From assembly GCA_036172245.1 (NCBI GenBank), contig JAYWIR010000029.1, positions 992,001 to 1,056,000 of the forward strand: a stretch of 64,000 bases of DNA, read 5' to 3'. Made by a program: the position numbers and the translations under genes. Each line of letters begins with the position of its first letter. Position 1 is the stretch's first letter. The stretch is from Raillietiella orientalis (Eukaryota). The notes below the pieces were generated by a model. That model was not told where the DNA came from, ran no database searches, and saw nothing but the letters and a program-made list of their open reading frames with translations. This document shows positions 1-12,910 of the stretch, piece after piece.

Positions 1-4
1 TAGT

Positions 5-24
5 TACTACTACTACTACTACTA
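5..24. repeat. (TAC)n microsatellite
   Basis: tactactactactactacta at the window start. Confidence 0.85.
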
Positions 25-220
25 TCCATACAGTTTTCATTACTAAAGGCTATAGTCGGGACTAATTGGAAACATCCTAGGAACTGCAAAACAAACTGCT
101 TTTTGGATTAGGCATCGCGTAGGACTTCAGCTACTATTTGTGTATCACAGAAGTGGAATTTTTTCTTCTAATTTGGACTGTAATTCCCGGTTTTTATACC
201 TCGTGCAGCTAGAATGAGTT

Positions 221-432
221 TTTGTTGATAAATTTGCAGTCGATTTGCTCGTATTCATTCCATTCAAAAAATCATCCCCGGAATTTGATTTCCGAGAAAA
301 TCTGCTGAAGGATTTTTCGACTTTTTGCTCTGCGTGCGGCGCCCACAGTATCGTGTACAACAGAATCGAATGGAATTCAGATGGGAAAAAAACTTCATGC
401 CGCATCTTCATGTCCTAATTTTTCAAGGCTGA
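221..432 (+). pseudogene. Possible degenerate HUH endonuclease (Helitron/Rep-like) fragment
   Basis: Reads FVDKFAVDLLVFIPF...CGAHSIVYNRIEWNSDGK, then after a 1-nt shift in an A7 run NFMPHLHVLIFQG. This resembles Rep motif II (xxEfQxRGxPHxHxLl). No other Rep motifs were recognised. Confidence 0.25.
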
Positions 433-3400
433 GTGGTGAGTCAGCGATCTTCCTTAAGTAAACAATGAACTTACATGACCTATCTCACTGGAAGAGTCTC
501 AACTATTTAAAATATCTTAGGTCTGGTGCCCATAGCAAATGCAGGTTATGTAGATGTTGAGCAGGTCTTTCACTTCAGTTGTGCTTTCCCAAAGTACGCA
601 CATACTCCAAGGATCTTTGCACGAGTGTGGGTTTCATAAAAATCTGTGATAGGATCGTTCAATGATGTTGATTGGCATTTAAAATGGAGGGATGTCTATT
701 GGAAAAGTTTGAGAGAATACAATATGGACAGAACTACTAACGTAACCATATATTATGAAGTGGTGCAAAGCAAAGCAACCTTCGTGTTCAGGTTTCCATT
801 CAAGTCATCAGTCATCGTCTCAATCTTTCAAGTGTTCTCAGGGCAGTGCCCAAGGCAAAGTCTCAGATGTACAAAACCAGTATGCAATGCCTTCGTGTTT
901 GCAAGCAGTCAACTAGCAGTCTACACTCTGAGACCAATGCATATCACTAAGTAAGGCTATTTAGATTGTTGGTCTGGGTTTTATGAATACTTCGTACTTA
1001 TTTCCAGTACAAATAAATGCCAGTTCTTCAAACCATTGCCCAACACGCTTGAAACGAAAGCATCAAACTGGTTACACATGATCTCAGCTGTTTCCATGGG
1101 TAAATGAAAGGAATGGATACGCGTAGTGTCCAAAAATGAAAAACAAGGGAGATATGGCTTTAATCAGGAAAGACTTTGAGTATGGTCCATTCAAGAAACA
1201 CATCTGCAATGAGAATAATCGTGTGAACTTGTGACGAAAAAACAAATAGGTGGAGGAGGTAGGTTGCTTTAGAGCTATCCAAGGATCTTGAATCAGAATA
1301 GAGTGAGTAGTTTCAGAGTCATTATACACCATGGTTTTACAAAGAAAGGAAGGAAGAAATCATCATTACAAATTCATTCTGCTTTCTTCTTAGAACGAAT
1401 ATACCTGTAACGATTTCTTTCTTACAGGATAACATCTAGAATAAACATATTGTAGAAAAGTTCAGTGATGTTTGAAAAAATTCCTGTAAACCCGTTTCCG
1501 ACATGGAACTGTTTTCAGAGTTAAGCCGCAACCATTTTCCCATAGACCTGGAGAAATTAGTTGGGTTGTTTCATTGCAGAGATTATGACCATTTTTCCCA
1601 ATTCGGTTGAATGACCTTGACGAAAACACATTCTTGAAGATTGTTCGCTAGATGTGCCTTCCTTTTAACACATGTACTACAAAGCGGTGTATGAAATGGA
1701 GACGTCCTTTCTTTAAAATATAGTAGATTAAGTGTAACGTAGAAAGTTTGCGGCTTTAGAGATCTGTGTAGTTTTCTCTCTTCAGATCTTCATGGTGTAT
1801 TTCGTAAGAAGAAATTCGAAATTGAATCAAGATTGCCACTTGGAAGTTGCATTCGTTGAAATCAGGAATGATTGTCTTGTACGGTGATTACGTCGAGAAG
1901 TTGTGTGCTTAAAGTTGTTTAAAATCATTATTATTCACCCATCTATATAGAACACGGAAAATAAGCTGGCAGTTCAAATAGAGTTTGTGTGTTCTCTTTA
2001 GCTCCCCAAAATCATTCGTTTGACTTTCGAAAATCAAAGCAGGTATTTGGCATATGATTGGTTCCTAAATCTTTTTGACGTATCTTATTCGAATTTCAAG
2101 ATGGTAGTTTAATTTTATGCAGCTCTTTAATATTATTGCGCATGAATCTACCTCAGCATCAGTTGGACAGTGAAGACCGTAAGTGCAGAATCTCCAGTTT
2201 TTTTCTTTTCCTTTTTTTTCTTTCTAAGATTAGACTTCTAATTTCAGGTAAGCATTCGGCTTTTCGTTTGATCTTGCTTTTAATCCTCTGAAATTAGTGT
2301 TGGCTTCTTGTGTATCTCTAGCATTTCTATACGTTAGTAATTCTTTTCCAAATTCGACTACAGATACAATATTGTTCGCTTCTTGCTCTAAACAGATTTT
2401 TGATTGATTTCCCACGTTTGTATCAAACTCCATACAGTTAAAAGGATACGATTTTTAGATGTGAACCATTCTTGGAAAAAGTTGCGGATCCTTCCAAAAC
2501 CTTTCTCTATTTCAAGTCTTTTCCATCCAAAGTCAGTTTTCAGTAGGAGATAATCCATAACCAAGGAGACATTTATTGATGATGGAATCTTTTCATTTAG
2601 TTCTTGAACATTCCTTTAGAACTGTCATTTGTTATTCTTCTGGATTGGCCGAATGCTCTGTGTTTCGGTAATATTGATTATAAAAAGAGTTAAGAGCTGA
2701 CATTTTTTTTTTTTGCTTTGTATCAAATGCAAGATTAGAAGCAGCAATGAAACACTTTCAGGACGAGGGACAACATTTGAAGACTGTCTATTATCAGGTT
2801 GTTTTGCTACAGATTAATAACTTGTAGCGGTTGACAATTTCATTGATATTCCAGGATCTTGTACTTGTAATTGAATGAGAATATAGTTCAATTATTCATA
2901 TGATGCTTTCAGAAATGGTGTTTAATTTACAGGAAAGCAGAAAAGAGAGAGGTGGTAAGCATGAATCCTTCTCCCCCCCCTTCTCCCCTCTTTCTCTCTC
3001 TCCTCCAGCTACGAAATTGAACACGCGATAAATAGGCGTTCTACTCATGTACTCGTGCAGTCTAAGTGGATTCGATGTTATTTAACAATTATCTAGAAAC
3101 TACAACATATTAAAGCCGGGAGTCTCGGATTTCACAAAGAACAGCTGAGGAACCAGTTGGCAAACAGCAAAAAATATTGGACAATAAAAATCCGAGGATT
3201 TTGAACGTTTCAAAATTTCTGTGGTAAATTTCTGTAATTCTACACAATACGAGGAAAGTCCCATAAACATATCGAAAAATTAAAGTTTCGGACACGATTT
3301 AGATTCGAACGATAGCTATGTTTTTTCATACCAATTTTGACAGAATGTTTTCTTCGTAATGTGCTTATTTTACTTTCATCAGATTTTCCATCAGTTTGCT

Positions 3401-4918
3401 GATCTTAGTTGTCCAAAGAACATATTCAACGATGCAGCAAATGTTATAGAGCATTTATCACGTGTAGTATATTATAAAACGTGTTACTAGTCGATTCTGA
3501 TCCATCTCTCACAAAGGCTTGTAAATTTGCAGTGAAAAATGAATCACTGGATTAAAGTTTTCAACACGCAATTCAACACAGGCAATCGCATTGAAGTAGA
3601 AAACCAAATTATTAAACTAACATTCTTATGTAGCATGTGTACTCTGGAAATTGTGTTCATGAAAATGTATCTTTAGAATCAAAGAATTTTTTTTTTTTTT
3701 TTTCAAGCATACTGTGAAATTTTATCGGTGATTGTGTTTTTATATCTCTCAATTTCTATTCTGCATTATGTGCTTTTTGTTTTTATTTTTCAAAGTGAGT
3801 TAGCGCTTTTCTTCTCTTCGACCACCTCCAGAAGTTTCCACTGAATCCTGTTCTGTTGCTCGGATACCCGATGTTGCTCTCATTCCATTCCGAAAAGCAG
3901 TTGGTTTCTCCAATCCAAAAAATCAGTTTTCCATCGACAACCGTTTCCGGAAACATGAGATCAATGCTTTCGAAGAACTAATCTCATTTTTCTAGAATAT
4001 CGGTCGGTTACAGCCTTTAAGCATTTTTTCGCAAGCGATGTTCATTCCATCTGTTTCCTTATGTTCAGTACGTCACTGAAATTACGAATTCTTCCCCCCC
4101 CCCCCTTTCTTTGCCTTCCTTCGAGTTCAAATTGACCTTTGCCATAACACAGAATGGATTCGTGTGCTCATGTTGGAAAAGCTTTACTCATTTTGCGAAG
4201 TTTGTGTGTTCGTGGATCAGTAGGGAGTCTGAGTGCCGTTTCCTGTCCATGGGGACTCGAGTTCCCAAAAAATGGATCAGTGGTTCCCCACCGATTGTTA
4301 TTCATGGAACCTAATTCCGTCATAATTTTCAAAGCTGTCTATTTAAACCAAATGATTAGCAAAATGTTGTCGTGCTAGACATTGATTTCTTGGGGAATCA
4401 CTGACTTTCCAGAATGTTAAATGAAGTTTAAACTGAAGCTTTTTGGCTACAGCATAACTAGATCAATAGATGGAATTCGATAAGGTGATTAAAACCCAGA
4501 CTGTCATTGCTTCCCGGTAACTTATGAGCAGCATTTTCACTTCCTATATTAATGATGCTTCCTGACCTACCAGGAGTGCATTCACCTTGTTGCACTTTTG
4601 TTCACGTAATTGGGAATACAAAACGCGGTTTTTTTCAAAGTCTGATAATTTAAGAGTTCGCACGTTTGAAAATTGGATGGTCGGTTTTTATGAGTCATAG
4701 ACTTGTGCTCGCTTTACTTATTGGCTTGACAACGGATTATGTTTGCATTGCGAAATTACAAATTAAACCAAGGAAACAGTAACGTCAACTGCAAACAAAA
4801 AAGACGTAACGAAAGCACTTGCCCAATGTTTGTTACAAAATTTTGATGTTAACCGTTCTGAATAAACATTCAGTTCAACTAATGCATTAACTATTATTTT
4901 GTGCCAGAAAAACTTCCA

Positions 4919-5474
4919 ATGGAATCAACTTCAGGGACATATCTTCCATATTTTGTGGCAGGAGAAGTAGTTAAAGGGTTTGGAAGAGGTTCCAAAGAAC
5001 TAAACATACCGACTGGTAAAATTTTGCATTAAACATGTATAAAACAATAACGCAATTTAGCAAACTTATCTTCGGATACAGTCAAAGAGCTCCCAGAATA
5101 TATGGTTAATGGCATCTACTTTGGCTGGGCAAGTGTGAGTGGGAGTCCTGTTTACAAAATGGTCATGAGCATTGGCAACAACCCATATTACAAAAATGTA
5201 CATCGCACAATGGTATACATAAAGATAAATAATTTGTTGTACAACATAAAATGTATAGGAAAGTCACATCTTGCACACATTTCCTGAGGATTTCTATGGT
5301 GAAGAATTGCGTTTGTGTATAGCTGGTTATATAAGACCTGAGAGGGACTTCGGTAATGTGCAAGAGTTGATTGATACCATCCATGAGGACATTGAATTTG
5401 CAAACAAGCAATTAGAAAATTCAGAATTTGTTAATCTCCAATTTCACCCTTTTTTGTATGAAATAAGCAAATAA
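4919..5474 (+). CDS. RFK: Riboflavin kinase; exons 4919-5015, 5061-5212, 5259-5474
   Basis: Spliced protein MESTSGTYLPYFVAGEVVKGFGRGSKELNIPTAN...GIYFGWA...MVMSIGNNPYY...ESHILHTFPEDFYGEELRLCIAGYIRPERDF. Contains the GFGRGS and PTAN motifs; GT-AG introns of 45 and 46 nt. Confidence 0.95.
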
Positions 5475-5502
5475 TTTGATATAAAAAACAGAATAAAAAA
5501 CT

Positions 5503-6460
5503 TTACTGATTTTTCAGTTCACAATTTTCTTTAACACGATTGGGGATCACAGGAAGAGGAAGGCTTTGCAACAATTCAGTATCCTCAGTAAACAATGGTG
5601 TTGCTGGATTCAGCCAATGATACCATAGCTTTGGTTGCAAGCGATCTTTTACAAGAGTGGACCAATGGTACAGACGACATCTCACAAGGACTTCTTCCTT
5701 TTTATTGATCTAAAAGGAGTAATAATTATTTATTCCTCAAATCCCTGTATTACTTTAACTGTGACAACAAACTCTTTTCCTTGTTTATCTAGATCAGGTC
5801 CTTCTATAGGTTTTTGGGGCAGAGTAATGGCAGAGGCAGGCACCAGGATGCCAGCTTTACGGAAGCAAGTACTTACATGCCATGCTTCCAGCTGCCATGG
5901 GTTATCAGCACTCATGGTGACTGTTAGAATTTGAGTAGCCAATTGCCTCAAAGTCTATCAATATTCATCAATTATTTGGTAAAAGATGTACACTAACCAA
6001 AGGAATATAATGAGAAGTGGGTGCAGATGAATCCTGAGCCTTTGGAATCTTTGCTTTAGAAGACTTATATTCAGCCTGTTGGGTCAAGAGCAACAAACGT
6101 GCTTTATGAGGAGGAAGACTAACAACACTGCCAGCAATACCCACCCCTACATATAACAAATTCATAGTATTCACACTTTTCACTATGTTACCTTCAACTG
6201 TTTTCAGCAACAGCAACTGCAAGGGCTGTTTTTTTGTCACACCAGTATCTATCACTTCATCATACACAAAATCCTTCCAATGATTGGCGTATATTTTAGA
6301 ACCAAGTTTTACCAATGGTTTCCGAAATTTTTTCTTCACCACCACATATGCCATCTAATGCAAATGAGGTTAAGCACAACATGCATCCAAGACTAACACG
6401 AAAGGGATTATAATAACTGCTAGCAATCCTGCCTGAGACAATCAACTGGGTTTTCAGCAT
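5503..6460 (-). CDS. mRpL9: Mitochondrial ribosomal protein L9 (bL9m), about 5 exons with tiny introns
   Basis: MLKTQLIVSGRIASSYYNPFR / MAYVVVKKKFRKPLVKLG...LQLLLLKTVEG / VGIAGSVVSL...NPWQLEAWHVSTCFRKAGILVPASAITLPQKPIEGP...VVTVK / INKKEEVLVRCRLYHWS. The start codon is inferred from splice signals. Confidence 0.88.
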
Positions 6461-6461
6461 T

Positions 6462-6499
6462 CTGAAAAGCTGCTAAAGCTGCAAGATAACAACTTTAAT
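6462..6499 (-). promoter_or_regulatory. Candidate DPP9 polyA signal (ATTAAA, 6499-6494) and 3' splice acceptor (TTTTCAG, 6468-6462) one base before the mRpL9 ATG
   Basis: Minus strand reads ttttcATTAAAgttgttatcttgcagctttagcagcTTTTCAGaATG. Confidence 0.5.
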
Positions 6500-6559
6500 G
6501 AAAACTTTCTGTGGAAGATGTCAATGGTTCAAGCCAGCAGCTACCATTGATATCTTAGT

Positions 6560-9500
6560 TTATTCTGGAAGCAAATGCTGTAAAGCCCAAAGTAGAAAGA
6601 TACTGAAGTGAGCATTAGCATCCTGATAATGAAGCGCATGTCTTTCAGCAGGATACACTTGTAGGTGACAAGGCTTCCCTTCAGCAACAAGTGTGTTCAC
6701 TAGATGCTGACTATGAACAAAATGTACATTGTCATCTTGCAGACCATGAACCACAAACAGCCGTCCTTCTTCATCAGGAAACTGTGAAACGTGTGTCAAT
6801 ACTGAGCTTGCTTTGTAGGCTTCCTGGTTGTTATCTATCAAATCCATATACCGCTCAGTATATGCAGTGTCATATAGATGCCAGCTAGTAACAGGAGCAC
6901 AAGCTATGGCAACATGAAACACATCTGGAAATTGAGCTAAGGCCATCAGACTAAGATAGCCACCATATGACCAGCCATATATGGCCACACGGCTCAAGTC
7001 AATGCAACCAGTAGCACAAGAAAGCCACTGTAACACTTCCACATGATCTTGCACTTCCACTCTACCTAAGCAATTCTTGAGATGACTTTCAAAAAGGAGA
7101 CCACGTCCAGAGGAACCACGGCAGTCCACTTGTACAACACAAAAACCCTGGCTTGCCAAAAGATGGCACTGTCCATGTCGATACCCCTATGTCAAATCTG
7201 CATTTGAAAATGTGAAAAAATCACTCACCTTAAAGGAATTTGTGACAAGTTGTACCCGTGGACCTCCATAAATATTGAGTACAACAGGACAGTTTCCTTT
7301 GACATAATCAGGTGGCTCAAAAAAAAGTCCATGCACTTTATCTCCACTAGAAAGAGGACACTCAAACAAAGTGGGTGGTTTGAAAGAATTAAGTAGGAAC
7401 TCGCTTTGCTGAACCACCCATAAAAGCTGTACTTGCACTGCATCTACAGTATTCTTGCTATGCACACAAATGGCATACAGTCTACATGCTGGTGTTGTTT
7501 CTAAATTGCTATGCACTGTAGCAAACAATTGGCACTTCTACTACAGCATGAAGATATCTGATTTTGAATATCTTACGCTCACCTTATCCATATGCACATA
7601 ATGAGAGTAACCTGGCTCTGTGAGTCGACGTAGATGACAGGGTTGCTGCAATGCTACAACATATAAATGTTCCTCAAGAGGAGTATCATGAAGGGCTTGG
7701 AAGAACACCAAATCTGCTTCCTGGTGATACCATACTGGACGATTAACTACTTCCCATTCACCAGATGTGAGCATTGTCTTTTTCTCTACATGCTTTCCAT
7801 CACCTGGAAAGCAACAGTTAGAAATAATCAGAAAGCAAAGAGCATGAGACCTGTGCCAGAGCCCACATGAACAAGGTCACAGGTCACATGATAAAGGTGA
7901 CGCCATCCACTTTCCTGACTGCTCCAAACAAACGAAATTCTGTGTGAATCAGTGGAAGGGAGAAAATGAATGATATTAGAAATCTACAAACACTATGGAT
8001 TTTCTAGAAGTGTTGTAGCTTACATTCACCCAAATGTTACAAGTCTGTGTAATGAGCGTATATACCATAGGAACATGTGGTTTTAAATTTTCTTCTCCAT
8101 TGTGACTTATTTCATTATCACAAAATGGAACTGGAGAAAATGCATCCAAAGGAAATAATACTAGTTGTAAATATTGTTGTCGTCTGTCAATAAGCTGAGC
8201 CCAAATACTGCAAAAGATGGTAAATCAATAATTTATGTACTCACTATTGACCACATGGAGTCCATCCAACGCGCACAAGATATTCCATCCACGGATACAT
8301 ATCATAGAGAGATTGTTTCAACTGTAAATGAATGACCTGCATTGATCCACTAATTAATTTTAACTGTGCTATTTTGAGTTTAACCCTGGCATTAGGAGTA
8401 CCAGTCCTTGGATATCTGCAAAAAATATACTCACTATTTCTAGTTTTGAAATTTTACCTGTATTCCTCCATAAATTCTTGATTTAATGAAGTCCCAAACT
8501 TATGCAAATTCACTTGTGACTCATCATATTCTTCATACAAAATATAATAAATGGAGCACGAATTACTTGAATTTGGTGCTGAATTTGCTGAAGGGCAGGG
8601 TTGCCACCAGAAGCCTTCATAACGATCAAATTCTTCTTGAATGACAAAAGGTGGTATTCCTGCACTACAGGTATCTTGAGATGGTTTTTCAGATCCTCTG
8701 CAATGAGTAATCCTTATTTCTACTCCTACATAAAAACGTAACAATTAACATGTGATCAGATTTACAAGATTTCATTCTAAAAATTAAATATTTTACCTGA
8801 CCACCAAACCCAAATATCAAACTGGTGAACAAATGCAATCAAGTCAGAATTTGCAGGACAGATAGACGGAATAAAGCGTGAGTGGGTAGTTTTTGTAGGC
8901 AGCTCCTGGATCTCCAATCTTTCCTACAAACAATATGGGTACTTCAATTGCCACAAATGGCATGGGTGTCTGTAATAGCAAAATTGAGATAATCTCTCTC
9001 AACATGTAGTGATAAATTCCTCAATCGGATGGCCAAAATTCATATCAGTTTAACAAGATACATTTCATAACACAAATTGCTCTAGGAATTAAGAGGTACA
9101 TTAAATTAATTCAATTAATCTGAAGCTCTTTTAAAAGTTCTTAACTCAACAAAGCTGCACCTTATCAAAATCTGCCATTATTTAGAAACCATTTATACAT
9201 AAATACAATTGCACATCAGTTACAATTAAAGATAGCTTAAATGTTCGAGAAAAAGCTTTTTGGTCTGTATTATGTTCTGCATTTGAAACCACTTTTAAAG
9301 CAAACAATACATAAATAATATTAGCGTTTAACAAATTCTGCACCTTTGTCATAAAACTTCAAGACACATGATGCAGAAGCTTAGAAGTTAATTTTCAATT
9401 TCATTACCTTGAACATGCAAAATTCTGAAAAAAAAATACTGATATCACTGAAGCATTAAAAGAAAATATTCATGCTGCTTAAAGGCTTGACAAGTGGCTC

Positions 9501-12500
9501 CATGAGTATGACTAGCACCAGAAACATCATACTAATTGATTTCATTGAATGTTTTACCATTATACAAGGATGACAAATAATACTTTACTTTGTCATAGTA
9601 ACAGTTATTTGAGATAGAATATAAATTTGAATATGAGTATTCAAAGCAAAATAACTATTTTTTCACAAATGAAAACAATGAAACAGATGCATGCTTAGCA
9701 GAAGCATAACAGAGTCTATTATGCTTTACACATATGGAACATCAAAAACCAAAACAATACTATAATAAACAATCTCAAGGGATTCACTATTGGATTTATT
9801 TATCAATCGATCACTACAAAATATCTAAAATTTAAAAACTCGCAATACAAGTGTGACATAGTTCCCATCCAGACTTTAAGAAACCAAGGTTTTATGTTAG
9901 TGTATCAAAACTCACTAACAGAAAAACATGTTCAGCCAAGAATTAAATCAATGAAAGTATCCAGATGAACTTGCAAATGGACATAACAGGTATTCATCTA
10001 AAGCTTATGATTTGACCACTGCTCTACTTATACCTAAAGATTATGAAAGTGTATACATTAAATGTGATGCTCTGTTTCAATTAAGTATTGATAACAAAAA
10101 TGTTATTACCAATATGCATAAATGTTATTACCAATATATCATAAAGTATGCAGCATATACATTATATGAAGCTTTTACATGACATATGCACAATCCACAA
10201 AACTACAACACAGGAATACTATATAAGACATAAATTTTAAGGATGAAACAAGTGGATGATACCTTTGGAGTAATGGTTTCCAAGACATTTTATATTACCA
10301 AGTAGCTTCTCTTTATTTTAATATTAATCTTCTATTCATTCTCGGATCTTTAAGTTGGTTTTTCTAATTGTTATATTTAGTATTTTTTTTCCTTTAAGAC
10401 ATCACTTTATTAAATGTAACATAAATTTTTAACTAACTTTTTCTATTGCTGCAAGTAATGTGATGACTTATTCTTGTTCATGTTTCTAAAACTTTTTATA
10501 TGTAAATCTATCAATTCATTTTTTACATCCAAAAACAGGTATTTGAAACTAGGTTCTTCCAATTATACATTTTTTCTCTTGGAAATGCTTCTCATTTTGA
10601 TAGTCAATTAGTGGGAAGAGCCAACAGTCATAGTCAAAAATATTTATTAAGATACAACCATGCATCAGTCCATGTATACATTCATACAGTGAGACAATCA
10701 ATAAAACACAAGAAAAACAAGTACTGTGATCTCGGAAGAATAATTCAATCTACAAATTGAGAATTATGTTTGAAGATCAGATGCAGTTAACCACAAGATT
10801 CGTAACAGTGCTAAAGTTTTTGAAGATGTCCTGAAATATAGCTATCAAAATGCTTTATCACACAAACCAAAATATGCAAAAGTCAGACGAAATTCTGCAA
10901 GGCCATTTTAAATCATCACATGAATGAAAGAATCATGAACCAAAAACCTTCAAATAATTAAACTTTTATTGTACCTAATGTGTATTGAAAATTACACATT
11001 AGGTACAATGCTAAATAAGTACAATTATTAAGAGTATGTTTATTAAAATATCAAGTATGGAGGTGTATTCTAAACAAAGATACAAAATTTATGACTTAAG
11101 TTAAATGGAAAGCATTAATCCTAACAACAATAATAAAGCAACTTCACATAAAAGTTATTTCTGAATGTATCAGTAATATTTATATGAATGTGAAGAAAAA
11201 GTAAAATTTGCATTACGAATTTCAGAATGCTTTGAACAAAAATGAAAATCCACTTGAAACCAGCATAACTTGGAATAAATCCCAGCTATTGGAAGAAATA
11301 ATAGCAATTTTCTTAAGTAATGGCACTAGACAAAGAAGAAAAATCCAGGTTCCTAAAAAAGAGTAAAAGTCCCATGAACAAAATTCCAAATACGGACAAT
11401 TTCAGTAATAAAAGGGTTCAAACTGGAAAAAAAAAATCAGTAAGCTGCTGCATAAATAAAAGAACAAATGAATAACCTTCAAAATATAAGTGTGAAAGAG
11501 AAATTAAGATCCCATGTTACAAAGCATAAAGTTTTCCTAATTTCATTCACAGAAAACTCAGCAACATGCTAAGTCATACAGTTGTGAGTATTCAATGCTG
11601 ATGGACATACAGAAATGTGTGAACATAAAAGCTGCAGAAAATTTCGAAGTGTATAAAAGTGTAACTCAGGGACAAGAAATTAGCTAAACAATCCTCATAT
11701 GTGATCCATAATTTATCTAACACATCTGGATGCTATTTACTATATTTAATATGTGCCTATGTGATGCCTATGCAACGAGATATATTTTTAAATGTGGTAT
11801 ATCTCAATCATTCATATTATATTCATGAATTCGAAATTCATGAATTCATGAAACGTCATTCAACAGTGACATGCTGACCTTGAGACTATTAGTGCTTTCT
11901 TGGAAGCATCCACATAATTACATGCAATATGACTAACAATTAACAATCCAGTAAGGTACAATACAAAAACTTGAGAATTTGAAATTCAAAATTGGAATGC
12001 AAAAATACTTTCTAAATACAAAAATGCCCATCATGAGCAGCATTTTTCCAACTGATTTTATAAAGTATTTAATATTTACTATTACTACTGCATACAGCTT
12101 CATGTAATTTCAGATGTTCATATCCAAGTTTACAATACAGGATAATGATCATATCACTACAACCCTGTTATAAAGAAGCCAAGATACAAATTATGCACAA
12201 TAATATGAAAGGCATTTGATACAAAACTAAGCACAATTAATAAATTGGGACACTTTCTAAATGATACACCCAAAAAGAAATACAAACACTCAAGCATTAT
12301 TGTTTTCAAATTCTCCTTTGGAGAAAAAAATCTTCTAGCCACTGAATTTCTAGTTCTAAATTACTTTAACTTAGTAAATATGAGTATTAATAACTAATAT
12401 ATCATTAACCAAAATTCAGATTTAATAACACATATACGATATTAATGATGCATTTACCTTGTCAAAGCCATAGAACAAATTTCCACCAACAGGAAAAACA

Positions 12501-12910
12501 AATAATCTATTGCTTTCATGTAGCTGAAAAGTGGACAAGTTCCAATATACTGAACGTTTTCTTTCATAAAGGTATATTTCATCAAAATGCAGTTTCAATT
12601 GTGACTGTGAAACAATATGAGAAAAATCTGTGGCATGACATGGACGACAGCTCAATCTTTCTTTATCTTCATCCACAATATCATAGCGATAGAGTGCAGT
12701 ATCATTTCCTTTTTCAGAAGTAAGGATATACACTCTTGTTGATTTATCTGGCAAACAAGAGAAACCAAAGCATGTAAATGATGGCACAATTAATTTTGCC
12801 AGTTTTTTTTCCACATTTTTAACTGAATCTTTTAAGGAATTCCAATGTCTTTTTTTCAATACAATCTCCTCTGGTGATGACAGGCAATCTGACAATTCAC
12901 TTGTGAACAT
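6560..12910 (-). CDS. DPP9: Dipeptidyl peptidase 8/9-like (S9B), multi-exon; first coding intron about 8924-12457
   Basis: Catalytic motifs GWSYGG, DDNVHF and YPAERH; also YDTAYTERYM, IYGGPRVQLV, IQEEFDRYEGFWWQP, YPRTGTPNA, ICPANSDLIAFV and LTSGEWEV. Confidence 0.95.
10968..11009. repeat. Perfect 17-bp inverted repeat with 8-nt spacer in DPP9 intron 1
   Basis: attgtacctaatgtgta ttgaaaat tacacattaggtacaat. Confidence 0.85.

Noticed and set aside
11821..11852. Overlapping ttcatgaa/gaattc palindromes and an 18-nt tandem duplication near 10098-10137
   Set aside because: Low-complexity slippage products in an AT-rich intron
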